Positions 15,137 through 29,670 of a stretch of DNA of 64,000 nucleotides are shown in pieces. The translations under genes and the position numbers were made by a program. Below the pieces are notes generated by a model. The model was not told the origin of the DNA, did not search any database, and saw only the letters and a list, made by a program, of their open reading frames with translations. Source of the stretch: Amoeboaphelidium protococcarum X5 (Eukaryota; Fungi; Aphelidiomycota); contig JALDTO010000164.1 in the NCBI GenBank assembly GCA_023515725.1, positions 186,001-250,000 of the forward strand, in the 5' to 3' direction. Positions within the stretch are counted from its first letter, which is position 1. Each line of letters begins with the position of its first letter.

Positions 15137-16191
15137 ATGCCTGGTTAGAAGGTATGTTTTCACTTAAAAATATTTTTAATGTCAACTTCTTGCTTACGGT
15201 GACATGTAGGAAAACTTTATGCCACCTCCTGTTGGAGTTCCTTCTAGGAAGGGCGCTGCTAACGCCAAGGTTGGACAGCCGCAAACTTCATCTCCGTAAG
15301 AGGACCCTCAGAAAGAGAACATTAAGCAGTTCTCATTAAAAGATTTTGATATTGGCCGTCCACTGGGTCGTGGTAAATTTGGACATGTGTACTTGGCAAG
15401 GGAGAAAACGTCAGGCTACATTGTTGCTCTCAAAGTACTGTTCAAGTAGGAGCTCATTGACAACAACGTTGAGAAACAGCTGAGACGTGAAATTGAAATT
15501 TAATCGCACTTGAGGTAAATTTTACTTTAATTTATACCATCGGTACTATATATTAGTTTGTTCTGCGGGTAGACATCCTAATATTTTGAGATTGTATGGG
15601 TACTTTTATGATTCTGAGCGTGTGTACTTGATCTTGGAATTTGCGGCTCAAGGTGAGTTGTACAAGATTCTACGTAAGGTGAGAAGATTCCCTGAGCCAA
15701 CTGCTGCAAAGTACATTGCACAAATGGCCAGTGCTTTGGTCTATCTGCATTCCAAGCACATCATTCACCGTGATATCAAGCCGGAGAATCTGTTGCTCGG
15801 TCTAAATGGAGAATTGAAGGTGTCTGATTTCGGGTGGTCTGTACATGCTCCTTCAAACAGACGCGGTACTCTATGTGGTACTTTAGATTACCTGCCTCCT
15901 GAGATGATTGAAGGCCACAAGCACACGCAGTAAGTTGATTTATGGTCTCTCGGTGTGTTGTGCTATGAGTTTTTGGTTGGATCTCCACCATTTGAGGAGT
16001 CCGGTGCTAAGGAGACATATAAACGTATCACCCAGGTGGACATTAGATTTCCATCCACAGTAAGTCCTGAGGCGAGAGATTTGATTTCTAAGCTATTGCG
16101 CCATGATCCACCTGATCGTATCCCATTGGAAGAAGTGCTGAAGCATCCATGGATTGTCAAATATAGCAAGAAAGATGACGATGAAGAATGA
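15137..16191 (+). CDS. IPL1: Aurora kinase
   Basis: [72 protein letters not shown]; two introns. Confidence 0.95.
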
Positions 16192-16236
16192 TAAGAACTG
16201 TATATATGAAAATTCAATGTATTGCATAAAGACTAT

Positions 16237-16887
16237 TCAACATGCACAAGAACCATCGTCATCCTGTTAAGCATTAGTGTTAATGCGAAGAGTCTCTCTA
16301 ACTTTTGCGTCCCAAACCTTTGGATTTTCTAAAATCTTGAGACACAGCTCATCAAATGCCTACTATACACCCACTTTGGTTTTAGCACTACACTCTAAGA
16401 ATAGAGCACCGTGATTCTTGGCTGCCTCCAGGCCTTCTTCACGACTCACCACACGTTCTGCATCTCGATCAATCTTATTCCCCACAATCATTTTAATGTT
16501 TGATGCATTCGGAGATGAAAATGTTTCCAGCTCAGGTAGCCACGTATCCCAGAGAGCATCAAAAGATTCCCGATTAGTGACATCGTATACAAGAATCACT
16601 CCATGAGCGCCGCGATAATAAGAGGAGGTGAGCGTCCTAAATCGCTCTTAACCGGCTGTATCCCAGAGAGTCAGTTTAATCTTATTACTCGCACCAGTTT
16701 ATTGAGATTGAGCTGGAACATTCCAAAACTTGACTTTAAAATCCACACCAATTGTGGCTGACATTTCATCCTCAAGAAATGTATCATTTGTAAATCTGAG
16801 GAGCAGCGATGACTTTCCAGTACCAGAGCTGCCAATAAGCAGTATTTTAAATGTAGTTATACTCTCTTCGCTGTCTCCACCACTCAT
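16237..16887 (-). CDS. RAB18: Rab18 small GTPase
   Basis: [46 protein letters not shown] (Q = TAA), GNKID, ECSAK and C-terminal CAC prenylation motif. Confidence 0.92.
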
Positions 16888-17102
16888 TATATCTAGTTTA
16901 ATTGCTAAGGAAGTAATCGATGTCTCGCTGTATCGCGCTCGAAGTTTCCTCTAGAGGCAGGAAATTAAAAGACGAGCTGCGCGTTCACTAAAAGCAAAAA
17001 CAGTAGGTGTCGTACAGGGGACTCCTTTATCGATAACGTGACTCATTCGATGAAAGTGCAAAAGCTGAATAGAAAAATACAATCGCCTTGACAATGTCAG
17101 AT

Positions 17103-17885
<783 letters not shown>

Positions 17886-18287
17886 ATTGAATGATGTTCT
17901 GTGTTAAAGTTTAAAGGCGTATGAATTGAGAAAGAAAGGTTGAAGACGCGGAACGATGAAAAGGCTCATTAAAAATACAGGGAGAGAACGATAATATAAA
18001 CATGAGACTGGATTTCCTGTTATATACGGCATAGCGTTCATGATTTTATTAAAAAATCAACGCTTCACACTTTTGCCAGGCTATCACTGTCCCCAATTCG
18101 TGCATCTGTCAATTCTCCACAACTTTGAGTCTCTGCTCCCCTGTTGAATTGATCTTTGCTAAATTGAAACAAGAAACACGCCGATCGTAATGCAGCACTG
18201 CACTTTACGCGTCAATTGACCAAAGAAACAGGTGATAAGCTAAATAGCGTTATGATAAAACCATTACTATTAAATTACATCAATTAG

Positions 18288-18931
18288 TCACTTCTTAATA
18301 GCAGATTTTATTTCCTCCATTTAAGTAGCCAACCCTCGTATCATTTTTAAAGTAATTTTACGTTCAAATCGAGCTTTTTCATCTAACAAACTCAACTTTT
18401 CAACTTGTAAAATCAAGCTAGGATTAAATTTTGCTGCTTTTAAATTGAGCCTGCTCTTTCATCAGCTTCATTTCATTTACAAGAACCGTATTACTCGATC
18501 ACTTAGTTAATCAATCGATTGGCGATTGTTCATCGGCCTTGATATGTATGACAGGCTTCATAAAGTATAATATATCGTCTGAACATTAGGCAGAATTTGT
18601 AGAAGCAAGATTATTGCAAGTACTCAAAATGTACGTGCTGTTCACAGCAGTTTAACACGGATCTATAGGAAGACTGACGGTTTGTAAGTATATGAGCTTT
18701 ATTATTATTACTATGACTCAGACATAAACACCACCACGTCATGACACATTGCAGACACTCAAGAACAAAAACCTTTAAATAAGTTTCTGAATGCATTTTC
18801 GGATTGTTGGAGCTGAAACAAGATTCGACCCGGTCGACCAACGATAGCTTCACCTCGAAAGATTGGATTTGAAACAATACATCTATTACTGACCTGCGGA
18901 AGAAAGATTTGAAGTCGCTAGACAGGACCAT
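18288..18931 (-). pseudogene. Possible degraded gene of unknown family
   Basis: A 133-aa frame (18530-18931) is followed by short helical or coiled-coil-like peptide pieces in different frames separated by TGA; no family recognised. Confidence 0.3.
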
Positions 18932-19028
18932 ATATTTATCATGAATGAAAATTACAAAAATGGAACTTCAATACTTGATATAAAAGCAACATTAAATCCA
19001 ATGTAATGTATATAACAACTGTTCAAGT

Positions 19029-20316
19029 TCAAACGCGAGGCTTTTTGAATGTCTGATCGTTCTGAAATCCTGACTGAGGACGCATGGAGATATTCTACAT
19101 TTACCTTGCATTTTATACATCAAATTCTATATAAGAATATACTAAAATACCGTGTTCGATGCAGATGGTATAGAATTCAGAATCTGCAGACACGATTCAG
19201 ATTTGTTGGCACGCTTGCCGGTATCCTCTGCGCCTCTAAGAATATCACGTCCATGCGATGGTTGGTGCACTAAAGTACGATTAGTGGTAGCTCCGATATT
19301 AATGTCGATACTTGGTGATACATTTTGCATTGACGCATCACAGGCTTACAACATTTCTTCATCCATCCCAACTACACACACATAATGATTCATTTTAATT
19401 ACTTTCTGAACATTAATAAATGACATACCTTCCCACGCGTCTTCAGGTACATCAATGAAACTAGCATCTCCTGCTGATGCTGAATTTTAAGTCTCTTTCA
19501 GCTGAGATATAGTTGAAACATTTGCTAAGCCTGTTGGAGCATTGTGAATTTTATTACTAATGTGTGCATGGGGGTTTACGCGACTTTCAACATAAGCAAA
19601 TTCAGTGTCTGGATTCAGCAAACTCATCTAGGAACGCTACATATTAGACCAGCAATACTATAGTAGTCAGAAAGATCAATACATTACGTACCATTTGTGG
19701 CTTGTGAATATTCTAGATGTATGTCTTGTCGTAGAGGCAGTTACCAAGAGCATTTCCGAATAATCTCAGACACCGTTTCAGACTATCCGTCACGGCCTCC
19801 TTCTTGGCTTTCTAATAAGCGTCTCCCTTGGCTTTACAATTGACAATAGATCCATATCCAACATCCTACCTCTCATAATACGATCAATTTTCAGGAAAAT
19901 GAAGTAAAACAGAATTAGTACCTCTTTATAAGTGCCATCCTTAAGAGTGACTCTGGTCGTGCAACTGACGCCAAGTGAAACGCGTCCATTCACTTCGTCA
20001 CAAAAGTCAACCTGCAAGTCCACAATCCTTGTTGACCATCCGTTGAACCCAAAAATTTTATTAGCCAACTCTATTGCTCTATTTCCCTCAAGATAGTTGA
20101 TTCTCACTACATATATTCATACTCACTATCAAAATACAGTCCACTAAAACACGAAGACATCTTACTTCCAGCAGCACCCTGTCTTGTACTCACATAGCCG
20201 AGTCCAAGTTATCTCTCCAAAAGTGAGGACACATGGCTTTCTTGGTCACGAGAAAAAGCGCATTGACCAAAATATGCACCTTCTGCCCGTGAACTTTACT
20301 GACTGTCTTTAGTCAT
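19029..20316 (-). CDS. RAD52: DNA repair and recombination protein RAD52
   Basis: [66 protein letters not shown]; about five short introns; the 3' exon is inferred. Confidence 0.92.
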
Positions 20317-20407
20317 TTTATCGTATTAATATAGTATAAAATGAAAATGTATTATTCAAAATTTGAAGTCTTTCTGTGTAGAAAAGAAAAAGATGAAACA
20401 TGTAAAA

Positions 20408-20413
20408 ACGCGT
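20408..20413. promoter_or_regulatory. ACGCGT (MCB-like) motif in the RAD52/WD40 divergent promoter
   Basis: Exact ACGCGT in AT-rich DNA about 90 nt upstream of both ATGs; the same hexamer recurs in many intergenic gaps. Confidence 0.4.
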
Positions 20414-20499
20414 TCCGACAATACATTTAGAAACGGCCGTTAAAAAAAATATTTTCTATTTCCATCAACTTTGGCGTTTTTAGCTTTAAAACAATCACA

Positions 20500-21543
20500 A
20501 TGGATTTGATACACGTTCCACCTGCGCGTAATGATATTGCATTCTGTTACATGACAGATGGTGTAGAGATATTGGTAGTTGCTTTATAAAATATGGAAAT
20601 CAAGAATAGTATCAGGATTCCGGCCGGTCAAACTGTCTGCTGTTTTACTAGTCACCTTGATTAAATTTACATTGCGATAGGCGACAGTGTTTATGTATAT
20701 GATGGTATTGATAATCAATTGAGAGATGCCTCTATAAATTGTATTGAGAGTTCTAATGGTAGGGATATGGAAATAGCTGCAATGTGCGCGCTTGATTCTG
20801 GACATTTAGTAGTCGGAATGGATGATGGATCAATAAGGTGCTATTCACCACACATGAATTTGACACGCTCATAGTTAGTTGTAGACTAGACTCATATCGA
20901 ATTGCCTCGTCATTCTGGGACGCGTCTCAAACTTAAATCTTCTTAATGTCATAATCCTCTACTTACAGCTATATGTGCTATGCCTGGAACAGCTGATCAA
21001 TTTCTGAGCTGTGGATTCGATTAGACTATTCGATAATGGCGAATTGTAGGTAATTCTGTACAGTTAATTGATTCAGTCTCCATCCAGGAGAATAATAGTA
21101 TATAGGATTAGTATTTCCATAATCCACCGTATTTGTATTGCATGGATTCGCGTCATGGCATGGTGGCTGTTGGAGATGGTTAGAGCCGTGTTCGAATCTT
21201 CAAATAATTGTAGAAGTTCTCCAAGTTTAGCAAATGGACATTAGAGCATTTAATTGACTGCAGAAGCGACATGATAGTTGTAGTGAGATTCTTATCAGAT
21301 CGGCATGTATTGATAGCTACTAATGCTGGATAACTATTTCATTTCGCTATAACGCGAAAGCAATTAGTTGCAATTGATTATTTGAACTCTATGTCTTCGG
21401 CAACGCTAATAGAACGTCCTGTAGATTAGACAACGCCTCTGCAATACAAGATAAATGACTGTACTTATAGTGCGGAATGTAAATGTGTCCTTATTGCAAC
21501 GACAACTGCGAATGAGATTATAAAGATTCCACTCTCTCTTTGA
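20500..21543 (+). CDS. WD40-repeat protein, WDR53-like (347 aa)
   Basis: Open frame with LVVGMDDGSIRCY, FLSCGFDQTIRQW and FHNPPYLYCMD...VAVGDG motifs. Confidence 0.7.
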
Positions 21544-21703
21544 CGTAAATAGATGATGAATTAAGTAAAAAATTTATAACAAAGATGTTTTCAGGATAGT
21601 AACAAAGTTTATTTCCTCAACAGTAGTAGCAGCAGCAATCGCAGGGACATCGATAACATCACAATCTTAGGAGTGAAGTGACCGTGTTACAATATCTTCT
21701 TGT

Positions 21704-22874
21704 TCATTAGCCTTACGGTTACGCCAACATCTGCTTGATTGCTTTCGGAGTAGACTCGTCATTCAGATGCTTGGTGGTATAGCGCAGAGCATTCAACAGA
21801 CCCTCGGTACGTGCACCGCCATACTGCTGAATCAACTTGATGTGTGTCTTTATACTGATCTCCGAGTCTTTGGCGAACGCTCCCTTAGCACTCACATGAT
21901 CATACAAGATTATGGATGCCACCATGACACGCAGACAAAAATACAACGTCTCCTCCTTGGCAAACTTGTTCTGAGATACGGCGACATGTGTCACAGTAAC
22001 CATAACCTTGAGACACTCACATACATTGGTGGTACTCACAGAGTCCGGTGTATTCTTGCCCGTAATGGAAGCCAGCCCATCGACAATAGCTTTCAACATT
22101 GGCGTTGGATACGCATAGAAAAGACTCATTCTGTTGGCCAGCTCATCCTTCACCACAGCTCTGTCCATCATGGCCTTTGCGTCCGGCTGCATCTTCAAGC
22201 GACTCAACGTACGTCTGTAGTAACTAAAGTCGTTCTGGATCGACGGATTGGTCATCTTCAAATCGTCGAAATCCAGAGCAAAAGTCATAGTCTTGGCCAG
22301 TAGTTGCGCTGTGGCCTGCTTCTTCTCCAAGTTGTTCTTAATGTCACTTCCCTAACAGAGACCCCTCAACAACATTGTAAAGCACTCCTCTACACTAGAT
22401 CATACCAAATAACATTATCAACATTAAATATAAACATGTTTAGCTTACCGAGAACAGTCGAAAAGTCAAAAAACTCCTTCAGTTGAGATACAGCAGGACA
22501 TACAGCGGCCCAAGCTTCCTCTTCCGCCTGCTTACTAGGAGTGGAAATAGCCTTACGGATCTGCTCTCCACAGCCAGAGTAATTTTTCAGAGAGTCTAGC
22601 AACTGTGGACAGCCAGCCATCTTCTTGTTCACCTAGTCGTACAACTGCTATTCCTCAGGCATTGGTTTGGCATCTACAAAAATAACAGTTCATACAAAGA
22701 CAATGAATGATGTTGTTCTTTTATAGACATCAACATCATCCATTATCATTTATATCACAATTTAGACATGTAAAACACAACAGAATATAGAACAGATAGC
22801 CTACTTTCAAAATCGACAAAAATGTCAGTAGTCACCACAGCGTCCGACTTTAACAAGGACAATAATACTCCCAT
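21704..22874 (-). CDS. CYRI: CYFIP-related Rac1 interactor (FAM49/CYRI)
   Basis: MGVLLSLL (Gly2 myristoylation-type start), DIFVDFE, FDDLKMTNPSIQNDFSYYRRTLSR, LANRMSLFYAYPTPML, LLNALRYTTKHLNDESTPK; two introns. Confidence 0.93.
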
Positions 22875-23486
22875 TCTAATTCACAAGTTCTATCGATATC
22901 GACTGAATACAAAGTTTCAACAAATAGATCAGAGTCCAATAATATCCAATGGTATTGTAACAGAGATAAAGCACCAGAAATTAATTCTCAAGAGTGAGCA
23001 AGTGAACGAATGCTTGAGTTAAATACCAAACTACAACACAAACTGCTAACTACTCACACGTTAAGAGAGTAAATAAATCGATGCCGGTCAAGAAAGAAGA
23101 AGACGAAGAACAGCAGCAACAACAGAAGAGCCGCAAAGTTTGTTGTTTTAACGATCGCTCTTTCTCTTCGTCTCGTCTCGTCTCGTTTGCTCAAAACGAT
23201 GGAAAGAAAGAAGGCGCGCTTGTGACTTGGCGGTCCATTGAAAGAAGTGTAAGAGACAGGATAGACCGCTGTGAGAAACTAAGCGCGACGTTAGATTAGA
23301 GTAAAGCTGAAACACTTAAGTTGCATTTCAGATACACTAGAGATGGCTCAATGGAAAGAAAGATCTGTTTAATGTGTGTGTGTGTTTTAATCAGATTATT
23401 AGGACAATCCTTAAAGTAGATCAAATTATATAATAACAATAAAACGTAAGAGTTAAATCAATATATTTTAATATCAAAAAACTTTG

Positions 23487-26474
23487 TCACCTTTTGATAA
23501 AGTGCTTATTAAGCAAATGCAGAGTCTTGTTGACATCGAGTTGCACGTATTCCAGGTCGAGTTTGAGGATATTATCTTGCTACTTCTCCAGCAGATCATC
23601 CAGCTTGAGATCAACTTCCACAATAGGCTTCTCGCGTCCTTTGTAATGCAGTCCGATCAGAAACGATCCGGGCGATGGCGACGTGATTAGGAAAAAGATG
23701 TTGGGGCGTCTGTTATCAGGCACGGAAGACTCTAGGAGCACGCCATCTTTTTCCAACTAGGCGTGGTACAATTTTACGGGAGCCATTCTCTGCTACTTTC
23801 CGCCATCGGCAGAGTGCACCTTCCTCGTGAGCAGATTTCCAGCTTTTTTACCACTAGCGCCACCTGACAAGGATGATGATCTACTTGCTGCACTGTACGA
23901 AGATGCAGGACTAAGCTATCTATACTTTCCACTCGATGAAGATGACGATCCGGCCTGAATGCGGACATTTTACAGATACGCCTTGTAGCTTTCCAGCTGC
24001 GATCTCATAAAGCTGTTATGGTCGCAAATTGTCTTGTAAACACTCTCCAAAGACTTGTTATCACTCTTCACCTTCTGGTAAAACTGACTTAAACTCACAA
24101 ATTCTTCATAAACGTCACGACATAGCTTCGGATGGCCTGTTGAGTTGTCGATGCCTTGGTATTAATATAGCTCCTGCAATAATTTCAAATTATGTCGCAC
24201 CATTTATACCTTTTACCTCACAGAAGAATCTTTACGATACTATGCAGACGCTGAATCCAGAATCTGCTCAATATTCACCAGGTCGCGGCTATAAGATCGC
24301 GGCATACTTCCAATCTAGAGCAACTAATAACTAGGCACCGTATTCTGTAACACTCGTCCATCTGCTTGATGCTTAGCATTCCATGCCAGTGTTCTCATGA
24401 TTTACACAACCAACTAGCGAGTGTCCATGTACAGGATATCTGCCTCACTGAGAGATCCGCCAGATTTAGATTTAGATCTACTGAGTAGGTGTCGCTGCGA
24501 TGATGAGCCAAGTCTTCGACGTTCCTCCATAATGTCCACCATATGAGGAAAGAGTACAGGAGCATTCTCCCACCTCGCGAACAGGTGCAACTATATACTC
24601 TTATTCTCCTTTCTGGCAAGCTACTTAGGTACATGGCCTAAGTCATGGATTATCGACTACAAATGCTAACACGATTACTAGAACGACTGCTCAGGGTTCA
24701 TTGACAATCTCTTAGTGCTAACATCATCATTATCATCTCTATAATCACCACTGCCATTAAGACTTCCTTTGTTCGGTTGGACCTCCTAAGACTGCACACC
24801 AAACTAACAAATCTCTGCCAGATGCTGAGAGAAGAGTGCATGAGTATTATAAATCTCATTCAGGCTCACATTGATATTCAAATCCTTCTTGGACATTGTC
24901 ATATACTGATCAATCTCCAGCGATTCGTAAAAATCTTCTACATCACACAGGCTACTTAGGAATCCAAGAATACAATCCTTATTCTGATCAATGAAACTAT
25001 TAGTGCTCTTCATATACGATTCTTTGCTGTAAGTCGGCTTATTAGCAAGATTCTAAATCAACTTGGCAATCAAAGTCAGAGTCCTGCGAGGATTAGCGGA
25101 AGGCTTCTGATCAATGATCATATAAGATTCTGGAGTCACTATAGCAGGATTTACGTATCTCAAAAAGAAGAATCCACCGATAAGGGATGCAATATGATCA
25201 GCAGACATTGTAGGAAACTTTCTACTCACCATGACTTTGATCTACTTGCATATCCATCTGATTCCATACGGTACCTGATCAATCTACTAAATTATAGTAT
25301 CCACAAACTATTACGCGAGAGATTACAGTTTGGCTATTCGAGACTTTATCACAGACTATACCTGAGGATGAGCAGATGCCTCTTCTGAGGATAGCTGACG
25401 ACTAAGAGATGAAGACTGTCCACTTTCAACTTCAGCGTCATTGATCATTTAATGATACACTTTCAAAGGATCAATCTCCAGACTCTCATCCTAATTCTGT
25501 ACAATCTACTGAATATTATCAAAAAGCACAGTCTTAAGATACTACTGCCCAGGACCGCGGCGCGTATAAGTAGTCATCATTCGGGATACGGGAGTATTGG
25601 CACGGAGGAGAGAGCCAAAATCCGTAGCCTGCTCAATATCATGTGCCAATACACTTTAAAACATTGTTAGCAGAAGATGCTCCTCCCTGCTGTCATACTG
25701 ATTACCATATAATGTGAACATGACCGTTTGTAAGAGAGTATCAATCTCGGTAAGAGTCAACTACTTGACCAGTTGCGCAATAAGCCTTGGCTCACTCTGT
25801 AACAAGAAGAATAGATTACCATACAACTGCTTCTTCTTATCATCGGGGAAGTAGACAGAATCTGATCCCTCGGCCTAATTTCCAGCGCCAACAGAATCGT
25901 CTTACATCACCTCAACTTCCTCGAGACCCATTCTATTCTAAATCAGCAATGCTATTCGACTATCTAGATACCTAACATCTCTCTCAAGCAGGAAATTTCT
26001 CTTTGACTGAACACTGATCTTATTCTTCAAATCTTTCAACTATCGCTGTGCGCGTGAAAGCTCATCATCAACTTCAAAATCTTATTGCGCAGATATTGAC
26101 CACATCTAGCTCACTGAGTATCTACGCGATTTACGCTTGACACCACTAACACTATTGGCATTAGCAGTTACAGCACCTCCAAATTTATCCGCCAGTCTTT
26201 GCGTGCGACTTCGCTGACGCAGCGGATTAATATTTTCTTACTATTACTGCTGTTACTACTGCTAATCTTGCCTATTATTACCATAATTATCTTGATCAGA
26301 ATCTTCTAATGGACTAACTGTTAACGGGACACCATGCTCCATCGCCAGACGGGCAGCGCGCACAAGATCGCCATTCTATAAATCAAGCGATTCCTGTCTG
26401 GTATTCAGTTTAGGCCTTAAATTCATATTCTTGACACCTTCTCTCAAATCCGCACTCTAATTTTATTAACTCAT
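23487..26474 (-). CDS. Ras GTPase-activating protein, Gap1/Sar1 (IQGAP-related RasGAP + RasGAP_C) type, 995 aa
   Basis: [80 protein letters not shown]; start and stop are in the same frame. Confidence 0.9.
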
Positions 26475-26897
26475 AATCTTTATATTTTGAAATTTAAAAT
26501 TTAATAGGATGATTATAGGCGCAATTTTACTGATTTAAATGAGAAAAAGCTCGACTAATAATCAGTGTTAAGAAGAGAGCGAAACGCGTCTTTACAGGCA
26601 AGATTCTGATTGGATGATCAAAAGCTGTGACCAATGACAATCAATCTTGAGGTTGCACTCGGTGAAGATTACAGAAATGTGCAAACTTAAGAAGACGTAT
26701 ATGAAAACTGATGTCGCTTCTGAATAGAAGGAATACGATTTGCTCTTAATATCAACCACATTCTATAATACATCTGCTCTGCTTCATTCATCTACAAATT
26801 AACGCCGCATTTACTAATGAGTCGACGCCACATTTAAAGTTTACTCAATCAATCGAGAAAACGAACTTCTTACATACAGAAGGAGATTAAAGAATGT

Positions 26898-29294
26898 TCA
26901 TTATACGGCTTCATTATAAACCAGTCTAAAGCATCCATCACGTTATTCAGCATATAGTCGCGGCTTTTAAAATTTATGAGTAAGCTAACTAGATTCGGTA
27001 TCATCATCAGCACTGATAGTGAACACGAATTCTTCAATCAGAGGGCTTGGATCATTTGACTCTTTCAACTTATTAATCAATTGTGCGCCAATATCGGATG
27101 TAATTGATAGCTTACAACCATTAATAGAGACTGGTTGCAGGTAGTCGTCCTAGATAATGCTCATAATTTCATCAATGTTCTCCATACCAAATTTATCTAT
27201 CAAAGACTTACTCAACGCCAAAATTGTCTCAGTCTATCGAATCTATAGCAATATCTATTACAATCTATCCAAAGCAAGAGAACTATCAGTTTAAATGTTC
27301 ATAGAATGACACGGCCAATTAAGCTTTTACAGTTATGTCTTACAATTACTAAAGTAATCACAGACTAGAGGGTGATCAACATTTAAATGTAATCCATTAG
27401 CAATATTACTCAGATATTATATAAACAATAGACAGTATGTGGGAATTAGATACAACGTAGGATCGGCAACTGACTATAAATCAGCCAATGCCCGCTCCCC
27501 TTCTTTATCCAAATCGAACAGCTGCTCCTACTAGTCGGCATGTTAAGGCAATGCTTCAAGCCACAATTAATTCCATAGATTCTACTGATCCTGCATCCGC
27601 GCACTAAGCTGTCCATCTACGTAATCTCGCGGTGAATGCCAACGAACAAAATCCACAAGGGATGATAGAGGATTCGCGAATTTGAAAGCTGACATGTCTG
27701 AGAGCAGATGTGCAGATTATATCTTGGCGCGCAGGTCGGCAGCCTCACCAGAATCTCCCAAGTCTTCAAATTGGCGCATCTGCTCCTCGACCATATCAGA
27801 TGTCATAACTCCAGAGTGTTGTGTTATCGGAATAGCCAATCGCTCATCTGGATGATTGATAAGATGCAGCGTGGGATGGTATTTGACTATGCCCCGATTA
27901 TCAAAATGCTCAATAGTATCAAAGAAGAAGTCATCACCATTATCGTTACTTACTTACACAGAACTATGACCCTGCCTGAGAATGGACTTTATGCAATGAT
28001 TGATCAGAGTCAATTTCTAGGCAATTAAACACTGCTACTAATTAATTTCGAATCCAACGTGAGGTATAACAGTCTTGGTATTCCAGCAATCCCTCACCTT
28101 GTTCATGATTAAATGCCATAGTGATCGAATTGCAGAATCAAATCTCATATTCAAACGACTCTCCATCTGGAATAGAGCATAATAACATATTCTAAATAAT
28201 AAAGAATTCTAATCAACTGATCCGACAACTCGCTGAAAATCCTCAGATATCTATAACAATATAGCTTCTTGATTCAACACCTTATAAACGACATCTTTTA
28301 TCACATCGATATCCACAATTTCGAAATTTCCCATTGGATTCTTTACTTTATCCGATATGGTTTATCCTAGACTCTTTTACTAATTCATCAAGTCTTCATT
28401 GGATCTGTATTAAAGCATCTAGTGGCTATTAGAAGTAAGTGATTGTATAACATCACCAATCTTGGACGATAACTGTAATCCAACAAGGTAATTAAAGTCT
28501 GGCACAGATTCCGTATCTATCTTTAAGAAAATGTCCACCTAACTCAGATCCTTCTAGAATAGATACAGCTACTATTCACTTTTACTGTCGAATGTAGATT
28601 CTGATAGAGTTATATAAAATTTCTAAATAGGATCTTCAGCAGTAAATGCGTGTACATTCGCATCATGATCATATCCATACAATTTCAGAGTGAACGTCTA
28701 TTTCTATGCAGATATAATCTTTATGTATGAAGTGGGTAAACTATACATGTTCTTGAATAGAGATTACAACTGAGTATGACCACGATATTCTCTGGGAACT
28801 AGAGGAGCAAATGTGGATCTAATTCTAGACGTGACCATTCCTTATGACACCACAAGTCCATCATACAACTCCTTCCACTATGCTCCAGTTTATACAAATA
28901 TCGCATAAGAATTACCAGAGAGGGAAGAAGCAGCCATAACCGCGGTCGATTAAACCAACTTGAGTTCAGACAGGTCGGCAATTGGCTTCTTAACGCCAGA
29001 TAAGACATACAAATTGGTAAGAGATGTCCAATTATGCAGCAAATGGGCATAGTCATTGAAGAAGGTTTGATTTGATACTGAGGACTAATGTAGTTCCTCA
29101 TAGCTAATACAGTACTATCGTCTATTCAACCAGAAATTTAAAGACTTGTCATCAATGTTATTGTTACTGTTAATATCTCGTGCAGACAATTGTTAACTTG
29201 CATCACACCTCTTCATGAACTACTCTATCGTCGTAATAACTTGCTCCCACTCTGATGCATTGGTAAAGTCAATAAACTCAAATTATTCATCCAT
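26898..29294 (-). CDS. RAB3GAP1: Rab3 GTPase-activating protein catalytic subunit
   Basis: MDEQFEFIDFTNASEWEQVI, LLSDMSAFKFANP....DFVRWHSPRD, LSARMQ...NLW...W, QLFD...EGERAL and C-terminal RLYA.....FRL. Confidence 0.9.
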
Positions 29295-29670
29295 ATTAAA
29301 TCACTGACTATCTTTCCAGAATATAATTCTTTAAAATCTAGTATATATATCCACTCAGTATTTTATATATAAAATATCTAAACTTTATCTTTATAAGATG
29401 GGAACAATATCAATCAGAGTGGAAACAAAAAGAGATCGCGCCTCTGACACAGGTCGCCTCTCTCAAATAAACGCTCCGTGTTAAAATCATAGCTCACTCA
29501 CAACAAGCTTCATTTGTATAGTGCGGCTAGATATACATGAGTAACTGTAAATACAAAAAAGGCAAATTGATTTTAAATCAATAAAGGTTTAATGAAATAA
29601 AGTACGCGTTTAGACAATGTGTGGTGGATCAGCAGCGACTTCAACCAACGATGATAATGATCATTCATGC

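Noticed and set aside
21659-21721. CYRI terminating at TAA21719 or needing a terminal intron
   Set aside because: An in-frame TGA lies five codons later (21704-21706), so no special mechanism is needed.
23081-23299. 72-aa ORF MPVKKEEDEEQQQQQ between CYRI and the RasGAP
   Set aside because: Low-complexity GAA/CAG and TCTCG repeats in the CYRI upstream region, with no recognisable domain.
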